Assembly: GCF_001194135.2 (NCBI RefSeq)
Contig: NC_068983.1
Location: forward strand, 41,381,439 to 41,437,803
Origin: Octopus bimaculoides
Taxonomy: Eukaryota
Direction: 5' to 3'
DNA length: 56,365 nt
Shown: positions 36,089 to 47,465 of the stretch, piece after piece
How the letters are laid out: the number at the start of each line of letters is the position of its first letter
Numbering within the stretch: position 1 is the stretch's first letter
Made by a program: the position numbers and the translations under genes
Notes under the pieces: model-generated
Told to the model about the DNA's origin: nothing
Seen by the model: only the letters and a program-made list of their open reading frames with translations
The model's database searches: none

Positions 36089-36980
36089 TTATATATATAT
36101 ATATATATNNNNNNNNNNNNNNNNNNNNNNNNNNNNNNNNNNNNNNNNNNNNNNNNNNNNNNNNNNNNNNNNNNNNNNNNNNNNNNNNNNNNNNNNNNNN
36201 NNNNNNNNNNNNNNNNNNNNNNNNNNNNNNNNNNNNNNNNNNNNNNNNNNNNNNNNNNNNNNNNNNNNNNNNNNNNNNNNNNNNNNNNNNNNNNNNNNNN
36301 NNNNNNNNNNNNNNNNNNNNNNNNNNNNNNNNNNNNNNNNNNNNNNNNNNNNNNNNNNNNNNNNNNNNNNNNNNNNNNNNNNNNNNNNNNNNNNNNNNNN
36401 NNNNNNNNNNNNNNNNNNNNNNNNNNNNNNNNNNNNNNNNNNNNNNNNNNNNNNNNNNNNNNNNNNNNNNNNNNNNNNNNNNNNNNNNNNNNNNNNNNNN
36501 NNNNNNNNNNNNNNNNNNNNNNNNNNNNNNNNNNNNNNNNNNNNNNNNNNNNNNNNNNNNNNNNNNNNNNNNNNNNNNNNNNNNNNNNNNNNNNNNNNNN
36601 NNNNNNNNNNNNNNNNNNNNNNNNNNNNNNNNNNNNNNNNNNNNNNNNNNNNNNNNNNNNNNNNNNNNNNNNNNNNNNNNNNNNNNNNNNNNNNNNNNNN
36701 NNNNNNNNNNNNNNNNNNNNNNNNNNNNNNNNNNNNNNNNNNNNNNNNNNNNNNNNNNNNNNNNNNNNNNNNNNNNNNNNNNNNNNNNNNNNNNNNNNNN
36801 NNNNNNNNNNNNNNNNNNNNNNNNNNNNNNNNNNNNNNNNNNNNNNNNNNNNNNNNNNNNNNNNNNNNNNNNNNNNNNNNNNNNNNNNNNNNNNNNNNNN
36901 NNNNNNNNNNNNNNNNNNNNNNNNNNNNNNNNNNNNNNNNNNNNNNNNNNNNNNNNNNNNNNNNNNNNNNNNNNNNNNNN

Positions 36981-37018
<38 letters not shown>

Positions 37019-37586
37019 TTATTCATATACGACGAGCTTGTTTCAGTTTCCGTCTACCAAATACACTCACAAGACTTTGAGAAGATAGATTGAATATACT
37101 TTATTACTATCACTGCGATTGCTGATGTCCCGAAACAATTGTATTATATAATAAAGTATGTTCAGTCCATCTTCTCTTAATAAATAGTTTTGAATAAACT
37201 CCCCGGATATTCAAGGTTTTCCACTTGTGTGTTCAGTGACAGAAGTTCCACTGTATATTAGCATTCGCCAGCCGATACCCAGATGAGATTTAGAAAGCGC
37301 TCCATAGAATTCTTTCAGCCACATTATTTTAAAATTACATACATACATTTGATATGCACACACACATACACACACAGAAATATACACACACACATGCATT
37401 CAACGTGATCTAGTTATTCTGTCCCATTTAACGCTATTAATTCGGATTAGGTCACGCAGTACTTTCTGCATGCTTGCAATGGTTACATAATTTACATAAC
37501 ACGCTCGCAGATTCAAATACGGCTAAACGGTTTTGTATAAATATGTGTGTATATATCTCTCTCTCCTTTTCTCCCCACTCTCTCAC

Positions 37587-37637
<51 letters not shown>

Positions 37638-38333
37638 NNNNNNNNNNNNNNNNNNNNNNNNNNNNNNNNNNNNNNNNNNNNNNNNNNNNNNNNNNNNNNN
37701 NNNNNNNNNNNNNNNNNNNNNNNNNNNNNNNNNNNNNNNNNNNNNNNNNNNNNNNNNNNNNNNNNNNNNNNNNNNNNNNNNNNNNNNNNNNNNNNNNNNN
37801 NNNNNNNNNNNNNNNNNNNNNNNNNNNNNNNNNNNNNNNNNNNNNNNNNNNNNNNNNNNNNNNNNNNNNNNNNNNCTGCATACATACACATCTGTTTAAG
37901 AATAATAAATTTGAACAACATACATATTTGTATGAGGGTATGATTTTTGTGTGTGCGCGTGTGTGTGGTGCGCGCGCGCGTATTCTAGTGATTTCAGACG
38001 GTGAAATTGATTATGTAAATTTCTGAAACCCACTTCAACCTTGCAACAACTTAAAAAAAAGACCGTTGTGTGGGCGTGTCGGAGTTAAAGTCTTAAAAAT
38101 AAATTTCATATTTTGACGTTTCTGGGCTCAAATCCCAATATCATCTTCTTACCTCTATTTTCTTTTCATTTTTTCCCTCCTCCTTTAACTCCCACCCCTC
38201 TCCTCTATATTTTGCCACACACCCTCAAATCTATCATATTTCTGTCTACTCTACCTCTTGCCCCGCTTCGTTATCCGACCTCACTTTAGTGCATGTACTC
38301 TCGCTCTGCCTGGTGTACCACTATATCTTCCCT

Positions 38334-38625
38334 GTGGAGGCTTAGTGGTCGGAGTAGTCGGCCCAACATCGTAAGGTCTTGAGTTCGATACCTGGAAGTG
38401 CATCGTGTCCTTGAGCAAGACACTTTCTTTCATGCTACCCCTGTCCACACGGCTGGCAAAAGTAAGTAGTACCTGTAATTCAAAAGGGACAGCCTTGAGA
38501 CATTCTGAGTTACACGGAATCTACATGTGGACTACGTTAAAGGTAGACGTGGCTGTGGAATATTCAGCCACATGCACGTTAATTTTACAAGCAGTCTCGG
38601 ACCCTCGTCGACGTCGTCGGAACCG
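38334..38625 (+). mobile_element. SINE family D, older copy
   Basis: tRNA-like head (CTTAGTGGT..GAGTTCGATACC), GTCCTTGAGCAAGACACTTT, GGCTGGCAAAA..TACCTGTA..CAAA, GACCCTCGTCG. Confidence 0.8.
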
Positions 38626-38767
38626 AAATTACTAGCCTTGTGCCAAAATATGAAATCATTACGTCTATTGATCCCTTATGTCGAAGTGCTAGGTTACGCA
38701 GTTGAAAACAAACCAACACCGGTTGTCAAGCGATGTGGACGCACACACATATACGATATACGAGATT

Positions 38768-39365
38768 CTTTCACTTGTTTCAGTCATTTCACTGCGGCCA
38801 TGTTGGAGCACCGCCTTTAGTCGAACAAACCGACTCAGGACTTATTCTTTCTAAGCCTAGTACTTATTCTATCGGTCTCATCTTACCGAACCTTTAAATT
38901 ACGGAGATGTAAACACACCAACATTGGTTGTCAAGCGATGGTTGGGACACACACACACCTACACACACACATAAATATATATATATATATATACGACGGG
39001 CTTCTTTCAATTTCCGTCTACCAAATCCGCTCACAAGGCTTTCGTCGGACCGAGACTACATGACACGCGGTGGGACTGAACGTGGAGCCATGGGGTTGGG
39101 AAGCAAGCTTCTTATTTCTTTATTGCCCACAAGGGGCTAAACATAGAGGGGACAAACAAGGACAGACAAAGGGATTAAGTCGATTACATCAACCCCAGTG
39201 CGTAACTGGTACTTAATTTATCGACTCCGAAAGGATGAAAGGCAAAGTCGACCTCGACGGAATTTGAACTTAGAACGTGTCGGCAGACGAAATACCGCTA
39301 AGCATTTTGCCCGGTGTGCTAACGGTTCTGCCAGCTCACCGCCTTCTTCTTACCACACAGCCACT
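38768..39365 (-). mobile_element. SINE family B, full length, interrupted by a nested family A copy
   Basis: Both halves present; head split at CTTCTTA (39108-39114 / 39346-39352). Confidence 0.9.
39115..39345 (-). mobile_element. SINE family A variant with alternative 3' tail, nested, 7-bp TSD
   Basis: Standard A head and body, then tail TAATCCCTTTGTCTGTCC..GGGCAATAAAGAAA; flanked by direct repeat CTTCTTA. Confidence 0.9.
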
Positions 39366-40409
39366 CCAAAAATTTGTCAACAAACAGCCATGGGACGCAA
39401 ACCCACATTCTTCAAAGATTCTGGTTGAGTGCTTTACCATTAAGCTAAACAGACCGCCGACAATGATATGTNNNNNNNNNNNNNNNNNNNNNNNNNNNNN
39501 NNNNNNNNNNNNNNNNNNNNNNNNNNNNNNNNNNNNNNNNNNNNNNNNNNNNNNNNNNNNNNNNNNNNNNNNNNNNNNNNNNNNNNNNNNNNNNNNNNNN
39601 NNNNNNNNNNNNNNNNNNNNNNNNNNNNNNNNNNNNNNNNNNNNNNNNNNNNNNNNNNNNNNNNNNNNNNNNNNNNNNNNNNNNNNNNNNNNNNNNNNNN
39701 NNNNNNNNNNNNNNNNNNNNNNNNNNNNNNNNNNNNNNNNNNNNNNNNNNNNNNNNNNNNNNNNNNNNNNNNNNNNNNNNNNNNNNNNNNNNNNNNNNNN
39801 NNNNNNNNNNNNNNNNNNNNNNNNNNNNNNNNNNNNNNNNNNNNNNNNNNNNNNNNNNNNNNNNNNNNNNNNNNNNNNNNNNNNNNNNNNNNNNNNNNNN
39901 NNNNNNNNNNNNNNNNNNNNNNNNNNNNNNNNNNNNNNNNNNNNNNNNNNNNNNNNNNNNNNNNNNNNNNNNNNNNNNNNNNNNNNNNNNNNNNNNNNNN
40001 NNNNNNNNNNNNNNNNNNNNNNNNNNNNNNNNNNNNNNNNNNNNNNNNNNNNNNNNNNNNNNNNNNNNNNNNNNNNNNNNNNNNNNNNNNNNNNNNNNNN
40101 NNNNNNNNNNNNNNNNNNNNNNNNNNNNNNNNNNNNNNNNNNNNNNNNNNNNNNNNNNNNNNNNNNNNNNNNNNNNNNNNNNNNNNNNNNNNNNNNNNNN
40201 NNNNNNNNNNNNNNNNNNNNNNNNNNTATATTATGATGTCAAAGACTTCAGAACTGCTAGTTTAAATCTAGTTACGACTTTAGCTTCCTAAAGTCGTCAG
40301 TGTTCGGGGATTTCCGTAATCCTTATTTCCGTCTTTCTTTAACGACGCTGAGATTTTCTGCTTTTAATCTTACTTATTTCGCCTTTGCTTCGTTTTTAGT
40401 GATGAGATT

Positions 40410-40740
40410 AGGAGATGGTGGTGGTGGTGGTGGTGGTGGCAATGGCGGTGGTAGTGATGGTGGTAGTTAAGGCGTCGGTGGTTTCAGCGATGGTGGTAGT
40501 GGTAGCTATGGTTGTGGTGGTGGTGGTGTTAGTCGTGATAGTCGTGGAGGCGATGGTGGTGATGGTGCTGCTGGTGGCGACGGTGGTCGTAGCGGTGGTG
40601 GCGATGACTACGGTGATCGTTGTGATGGCTGTTATGGTAGTGGTAGCCATTGTCGTGATGTAATAGTTGTGGTACTGGTAGTGCGCGTGAAGTGCTAGCG
40701 GTGGTGGCGGTGGTGGTGGTGGTGGTATCAGTGGTAGTAA
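40410..40740. repeat. Degenerate (GGT/GTR/GAT)n triplet tract
   Basis: Gives Val-rich (+) and Thr-rich (-) artefact ORFs; similar tracts at 13457-13650, 27680-28020, 50100-50300 and 55770-55890. Confidence 0.9.
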
Positions 40741-41029
40741 CCCAACCACCTGTGAATGTGACCAAACAGACCCTTACATGGTCTGACCTCTGCAACTCAA
40801 ACCTTGCAGCTCAGAAGACCTCTCTAAATTCCATTAAAACGTAAAGAACTGTGCAGAGAACTGAGAAACGGTTGTATAAGTATTATGTTCCGCCCATGAC
40901 CGTCCTGTCGTTTTTGAAACGTATATATATATATAGAAATAATACATTTCTAAATCTCTCAGAGAGATTTCTATGGTAGCAACACGATAAAGTGGTAGCA
41001 TGTTCTCAGCTTAATGTAACAGTCCCATG

Positions 41030-41140
41030 AAAGGGAATAATACTACTGCTATTTATCCCTAGGAAGCACCACTTCCTGTCGGCCTTGACACAATTCCTGT
41101 GTCCTTATGTTTACAAAGGGGGAGATAAGCACCTCCACCC
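41030..41140 (+). repeat. Diverged single-arm relative of the 8111-8501 foldback element
   Basis: TACTACTGCTATTTATCCCTAGGAAG..TGACACAATTCCTGTGTCC aligns with TACTACTGTTTTAGCCCCAGGAAA..TGACACAGTTTGTGTCC. Confidence 0.6.
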
Positions 41141-41204
41141 AGCAAAGCCAGTATCCAGAGACTAGTTTCTGAGTCATTGATCATCAGTTTGGAGTAGCAG
41201 TGAA

Positions 41205-41237
<33 letters not shown>

Positions 41238-41643
41238 NNNNNNNNNNNNNNNNNNNNNNNNNNNNNNNNNNNNNNNNNNNNNNNNNNNNNNNNNNNNNNN
41301 NNNNNNNNNNNNNNNNNNNNNNNNNNNNNNNNNNNNNNNNNNNNNNNNNNNNNNNNNNNNNNNNNNNNNNNNNNNNNNNNNNNNNNNNNNNNNNNNNNNN
41401 NNNNNNNNNNNNNNNNNNNNNNNNNNNNNNNNNNNNNNNNNNNNNNNNNNNNNNNNNNNNNNNNNNNNNNNNNNNNNNNNNNNNNNNNNNNNNNNNNNNN
41501 NNNNNNNNNNNNNNNNNNNNNNNNNNNNNNNNNNNNNNNNNNNNNNNNNNNNNNNNNNNNNNNNNNNNNNNNNNNNNNNNNNNNNNNNNNNNNNNNNNNN
41601 NNNNNNNNNNNNNNNNNNNNNNNNNNNNNNNNNNNNNNNNNNN

Positions 41644-41683
<40 letters not shown>

Positions 41684-41687
<4 letters not shown>

Positions 41688-41905
41688 GATGATTTCTTTC
41701 AGTTTCCGTCTACCAAATCTACTCACAAGGCATTGGCCGGACCGCAGCTATAGTAGAAAACACTTGCCTAAGGTTCCACGCAGTGAGACTGAACCCGGAA
41801 CCGTGTGGCTGGGAAGCAACCAGCTCTATCCACACAGCCACGTTAAAGCTTATATTCTTTTATTCTTTTACTTGTTTCAGCCATTTGAGTGCAGCCATGC
41901 TGGAC
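41684..41905 (-). mobile_element. SINE family B 5' half plus the 3' tip of another copy
   Basis: TTTCAGTTTCCGTCTACCAAAT..ACACTTGCCTAAGGTTCCACGCAGTGAGACTGAACCCGGAACC..CCACACAGCCAC; then TACTTGTTTCAGCCATTTGAGTGCAGCCATGCTGG. Confidence 0.85.
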
Positions 41906-42548
41906 TTATTTGTGGACAAAATCTGAAACAAGCCAATCGTTTATACCAGTGCTCCAAACCGGTACATCGCCACAAGACGATGCAGTGTAACCTGAATATA
42001 ATTTTATTCCCTACACTTTTAGATATATCTTTAGTTCAGATGTGCCGCCCAATTTTGAAAAGAATATAAGTGTGCCGCAAGTGAAAAAGGTTGTGGAACA
42101 CTGGTATACACATATGTTTGTCTGTGAGCTTGCGCTCATGTGTGTGTGTTTGTGTGAGTGCATCGATGTGTATCTATATGTATGTATATATAATTATTTA
42201 TATACACGCATTCATATATACTTTCCGGTATGTTCTACATTCATATATAAATTTTCCAGTATATTTTATCTTCTGTATCCAATGTTTCTATTATACTTGA
42301 CGTACAGCGAGGAATTCCTAATGTAAATCCAGCGACGATGGTGCAATTACCGTGGATAACTCCAGGTAGCCATTGACAGTGAACGTGCTTTGTCGGTATA
42401 CTACTAGGGACACACCCAACACGTAAATTTTAAATGTTAAATTTAAATTTAAATCTTAACTTACATTAATTTATGTGTATATATGTATACGATGCTGAGC
42501 AGAAGTGCTGTTGGATGTTGACAAGAGATGTTAAAGACAACAACTATG

Positions 42549-42580
<32 letters not shown>

Positions 42581-42759
42581 CCATTCATGAATTTATTTAT
42601 TTATTAATTTCTTTACATACATATTTTACCTGTGAATTTGCGTGTGTTAACTGGGAATGCATACAATGAGCTTCTCTGCCCTAGGTGTACGGAAAACACT
42701 CGGCGAGAAATGGAAGAAAATTTGAAGAAAGAAGAAAAAAACAACATAATAATAATAAT

Positions 42760-42960
42760 CCTTTCTACTATAGGCACAAGGCCTGAAATTTTGGGGGTAG
42801 GGGCGAGACCCCAGTACTCAACAGGTACTTAATTTATCGACCCCGAAAGGATGAAAGGTAAAGTCGACCTCGGCGGAATTTGAACTCAGAACGTAGCGGT
42901 AGACGAAATGCCGCTAAGCATTTCGCCCGGCGTGCTAACGTTTCTGCCAGCTCGCCGCCT
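42760..42960 (-). mobile_element. SINE family A, young near-complete copy in an (AAT)n tract
   Basis: Reverse complement GGCGGCGAGCTGGCAGAAACGTTAGC (A box)..GAGTTCAAATTCCGCC (B box)..GGTCGACTTTACCTTTCATCCTTTCGGGGTCGATAAATTAAGTACC..GGCCTTGTGCCTATAGTAGAAAG(ATT)n. Confidence 0.92.
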
Positions 42961-43289
42961 TAATAATAATAAATAATAATGATACTAATAATAATACTAA
43001 TAATAATAATAAGAAGAAGAAGAAGAAGAAGAAGAAAAAAATAAAGCAATAATTATGAAAGCATTCTCTGATGAAGATACATGCCTAACTCAATGGCATA
43101 TTTCTTCTTTGTGTCCCCCAACCCCCCGCGCGGCAACATTAACAAACTTTAATCACACAACATTCGTTATAAAAAAAAAATTCCTTGTTGAGAAACATGA
43201 CCAATTCTTACTCGACGGAACCACAGACTCTCAAAAATTGCCTTCGAGTAACTCGGAAACCTCCACCCACCCCCACACTCCACCGCTAA

Positions 43290-43740
43290 GGGAAGTAGTG
43301 GGCGTGGCCAATTCTAAGACGACGAAGAGCATTATTTTTTTTATTTATTTATTTATTTATTTATTTATTATTATTATTATTATTGCATGTGTGTGTAGAG
43401 AACAACGACGCTGGAAGGTGAAAGAAAAGGACTGAATTTCCGAAAACTTTTTCATCACGCTCCATCTCTCCCTCCTACAATCTCACTTCCCTTTTTTTCT
43501 TTCTACCACTTGCTCTCTCTCTCCCTCTTTCATGCTAATTCTATGTCTTTTTCTCCCTTTCTTGCTTTCTTTCCCTCCGTTTGGCATTAAAGAAAAAGCC
43601 TCATTCACTCCCTCTTGTAAAACGCCTCGCGGCGACGCACACGGTTACGATATAACTTCCCGTGACGCCATTTTTTCTGACATTATATGTTTCACAGGGC
43701 TAGGATTGCTATCCGTGCCCCTACTGTCCCTCTCCGGAAG
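43290..43740. promoter_or_regulatory. Promoter-like motif cluster in unique, locally CpG-rich sequence
   Basis: GGAAGT (43291), GGGCGTGG+CCAAT (43300-43312), CpG-dense 43621-43650, ACTTCC (43655), GTGACG (43662), YY1-type CGCCATTTT (43666-43674), ETS-type CCGGAAG (43734-43740). Confidence 0.4.
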
Positions 43741-44060
43741 AAAGCCTTCTTCATTCCTCCTCCCTCTCCCCATCTACCTATGTCGGTCTGTCTTTCTATC
43801 TCTCTCACCACTCTCCCTCTCTCTCATGTTTTTTTTTCTTTTGCGTCACTCCAGTGTTCCATTCGATTCTGCGTGTTAACATAACACTCCTCAACGTGAC
43901 AGTCCTACGGCTGCCGCTAATTAGGGTTCTGTACCACCTGGCGGTTCGACTATTTAGGGCAAGAATGGACTCGCCCGTTATGAGCTGAATCACAACCAGG
44001 AAGACGACATGGGACCGGTAACAAGTTATCACCTCCTACTTCGGCCATTCTGTGCATATT

Positions 44061-44235
44061 GCACTCAGTCATACGACACGCAAATACCTTGCAGTCATCC
44101 ATGTGACACGCATTCTGCACTCAGCCATCTGACACTCAGAATCCTGAAGTCACTCATGTGGTACTCCGTCATTTGGCTCTCAGTCATGTGACATTCAGAC
44201 ATCTAGTGCTCAGTCCTCGAACACCTAGGCGTCCT
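44061..44235. repeat. Degenerate 15-bp minisatellite (consensus about RCACTCAGYCATSTG)
   Basis: Units GCACTCAGTCATACG, GCACTCAGCCATCTG, ACACTCAGAATCCTG, GTACTCCGTCATTTG, GCTCTCAGTCATGTG, ACATTCAGACATCTA. Confidence 0.75.
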
Positions 44236-44389
44236 ACGGGTCCAGATAAGACATCAGAAGGTTCACGCAAGCAAAATTATAAATTGGGGACTCCCGATAG
44301 TATAGCAAGGGCTCATGAAAAATGTGTTGGTTTAGATGTATTTATTGCAAGAATCAACTAAGTTTCTTTCTCTCACGTTTTACGCTGTT

Positions 44390-44760
44390 CAACCAACACA
44401 AGTTAATGTGCGACAAACAAAATAGGAATTTTGAAAAAGTATTTATAAAACGAGTTTTTAAACATTGACTGGCTATAGGGGGACCACCAGAATAAAATAG
44501 TAATCAAAAGGGTCCATAGGTAGAAAAAATGATTGAGAACCCCTGATTTATAGGAAAAGTCGGGAGTTCAGCCCTTGATTTAAAGGAAATGACGGGAGTT
44601 CAACCTACACAAGTCAATGTGTGATAAGCAACATAGGAATTATAATAGAAGTATCGATAAAGCAAGTTTTTAAACAATAAATAGTTATGGGGGTCCACCA
44701 GAATGAAATAATAAACAGGGAGTCCCAGAGATAAAAATGAAAAATGGCTGCGACTCACTG
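44390..44760. repeat. Diverged direct duplication (period about 211 bp) of a hAT/MER5-like element end
   Basis: 44390-44545 vs 44601-44760 align (CAACC.ACACAAGT..ATAGGAATT..GTTTTTAAACA..GGGG.CCACCAGAAT); copy 1 ends in TTGAGAACCCCTG, a hAT-type TIR. Confidence 0.6.
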
Positions 44761-44799
44761 GTTTAGCCGAACAAATAGCCTCTTGTACTTGTCTTAAAG

Positions 44800-44930
44800 C
44801 CTGACTCTTATTTCATCGATGTCTTTACCGAACCGCTAAGCTACGTAGCTTAGTGTAAACGTAGCTTAGCGTAAACGTAAACAATACAACACCGATTCTT
44901 AAGTGGTGGTTGGGGAACACACACACACAC
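44800..44930 (-). mobile_element. SINE family B, degraded 3' half
   Basis: CCGAACCGCTAAG..GTAAAC..ACACCGATT..AAGTGGTGGTTGGGGAACACAC. Confidence 0.6.
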
Positions 44931-45257
44931 ACATACACAGAGTAACAAAAAAAGAATGGTGGAGACAGAAAGAGATGAAGAGGGGAACAGTGGTGTTGAT
45001 GATGGAAGCGGCGGAGGAGGTACTGGTTGAAGTAGTGATGATGATGATGATGATGATGATGAGGTCCCTTAAGTCCTAGAAAACACTGAAGTTATGAAGA
45101 GAAATAATGAAGTGATGAGTTGTGGGTGGCCCTGGACGGATTAAAGAGAGAACAATTAAGATTAAAAGATTATTGAGATTGCATGTCAGTTGATAATCTC
45201 CCAACTAATTGGTTTCACTCAGTCACCCTGCTAAAACACACATTGGTACCACACACA

Positions 45258-45288
<31 letters not shown>

Positions 45289-45869
45289 GCCCCAAGCACC
45301 ACACACACACACATACGTGGGTATGTATGTAGAGGTGTATACATGTGTAAATAAATACAAATAATATATATATATATATATATAAAGTATATGTTTATTA
45401 AATTTTTGCCAGGAGAAATTGATAGTGACTTCGAAGTTTCAGCTTGCTTGCTTACGTCAGACTCTCGTATGATCATCTGAATGACTTCCCCCTTTTGTTT
45501 TTCTTCTTCTTCGTAACGCATGTTATGCACTCAATACTGGGTTCTGCTCTTTCATCGTTGCTGTTTTGTGTATGCTTGGGCCATTATCTTCATTAGACCT
45601 AAACATGGCATCTAACTGGATATTTGTTGCTCCTATGATGCAATAGGGCTCTGTAACCTTAGTTTGCGTAGTAAAGAGAGGGTCGTGGTGTGTACTGGGT
45701 TTTCTCATTCTGTGTCCAATCACAAGGATCATTGAGAAAAGGGGCCTCTAAACAGCGAGCTGTAGACTAGTCCCGGGCCACACTGAAATAAAAGAAAATT
45801 TTTAATTTCATTAGTTAGCAGAGTTGTTTTGCATTATATATACATTATATATGCAATGTGTATGTATTA

Positions 45870-46033
45870 TAAGGCGGTGAGGTGGCAGAAACGTTCAAAT
45901 TCTGCCGAGGTCGACTTTGCTTTCATCCTTTCTGGGTCGATAAATTAAGTACCGGCTGCGTACTGGGGTCGATCTAATCGACTGGCTCCCTCCCCAAAAA
46001 TTTCGGGCCTTGTGCCTAGAGTTGAAAAGAATA
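45870..46033 (+). mobile_element. SINE family A with head deletion
   Basis: AAGGCGGTGAGGTGGCAGAAACGTT|CAAATTCTGCCGAGGTCGAC.. (about 55 nt lost between GTT microhomologies); body and tail intact. Confidence 0.9.
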
Positions 46034-46840
46034 TATTTTCATTATATGATGTGGTAATTGAATTATGTGTTATGCTTTTTATTGTGTTTTGTTATGCACG
46101 TGATTTCCTGGTCTGAGGAAGAATTGCCTTGTATAGAACCGGTCGTTTGTGCCAAATAGATAGGAGTCTGCTGCATTCGAACAATGTTTTTTTGTGGTGA
46201 GGGAAAGGGCTTCGAGGTATGTACAGGACACAAAGTACCATCTTAATTAAATCAGGTTGCTTTTAAATTTCTTAAAATTTATTTGCGTGACATCAGAGTA
46301 TGTCATGAGACATACTCTGTATGACAAATATGTCGGGGCTATCAGCCCCTTTCCAAGCCTTGTATATAGCCACAGGACATCTGCTATTTGACCACTAACT
46401 GGGGCCCTTGACAGGTATTACTACCTAGCACCAGATGAAACTTAGAAGTAGTGTTATCTAAGAAGTAATTCATATACTCCCCAAAACTCTCGAACACTCC
46501 CCAGCTGGTGCTTCATCCAGATGCAGTTTAATACCCAGGACAAAGATTACATCATCCATTGTTATCAAAGATGTCATTGTATATTTCAGATTACGTCATC
46601 CATTATGTCAACCCCCTTTTTAATAAATGGTGAAGTATGATATTGGAAGGATATTTGACTGCTGTTTCTAGCGGTTTCGACTACCTCCTAGAAACTCAGA
46701 GACCGCCTCGTTGCCTGCAAGAATTTGTTAAACTCACCAAGAAAATTAGACACGCTTCAATGTGGTTATTGCTCAGACCAAGTCATGCCTCATTGAACAG
46801 ATTTATGATCAAAGGTTTCCCAACCGTGACCACACCACCT

Positions 46841-46841
46841 G

Positions 46842-46907
<66 letters not shown>
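46841..46907. repeat. (AGC)n(AGT)n compound microsatellite
   Basis: Direct observation. Confidence 0.95.
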
Positions 46908-46908
<1 letters not shown>

Positions 46909-47308
46909 AAAGCAGAAGCAGCTGCCTGCCAGCGGTACCGGCAAGACGAGATGCGTCTCACGTCTGTTTGATAAAAGCTGTTTTCTCCAAAACGCCGTTC
47001 ACTTCTCAATAAACCTCTTCCAATGAAAGCAACAAAAAAAACCTTATTTTCTAAAGGGTCCAATACTTTGATCTGTAAGCTTACGCTCTTCTTTCAAATG
47101 CACTCAAACCTGCTTTATACACTCGTCACTCCCATTAAAATATCTATTTGTGACACTCATGTATGTATATATACATATATATGTATATATATGTGTGTGT
47201 GTGTGTGTGTATGTAAATATGTGTGTTATTTATATGTGGACGTATGTATTTATGGGTGAAGTAGGCTACGTATAATTCAGCAGTCATGCATATAAATGTG
47301 AATACAAC

Positions 47309-47352
<44 letters not shown>

Positions 47353-47354
47353 GT

Positions 47355-47465
47355 AATCGCGGAGCACCGTGAAAAGAAGTGTTATCTTAATACAACGCAC
47401 CGCCCGGTTTAGAAATTGAAAGCATGGTCTTGTGAGCAACACTCTAACCATTAGGCTATGCGCCC
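47355..47465 (-). mobile_element. SINE family D, degraded head
   Basis: GGAGCACCGTGAAAAGAAGTG..GTGAGCAACACTCTAACCATTAGGCTATGCGC resembles 55290-55395. Confidence 0.6.

Noticed and set aside
40408-40749. Thr-rich mucin-like ORF (minus strand)
   Set aside because: Reverse reading of a degenerate (GGT/GTR)n tract
42860-42960. tRNA genes (also 55320-55395 and 1984-2040)
   Set aside because: A/B boxes continue directly into multi-copy SINE bodies and no clean cloverleaf could be built; these are SINE heads
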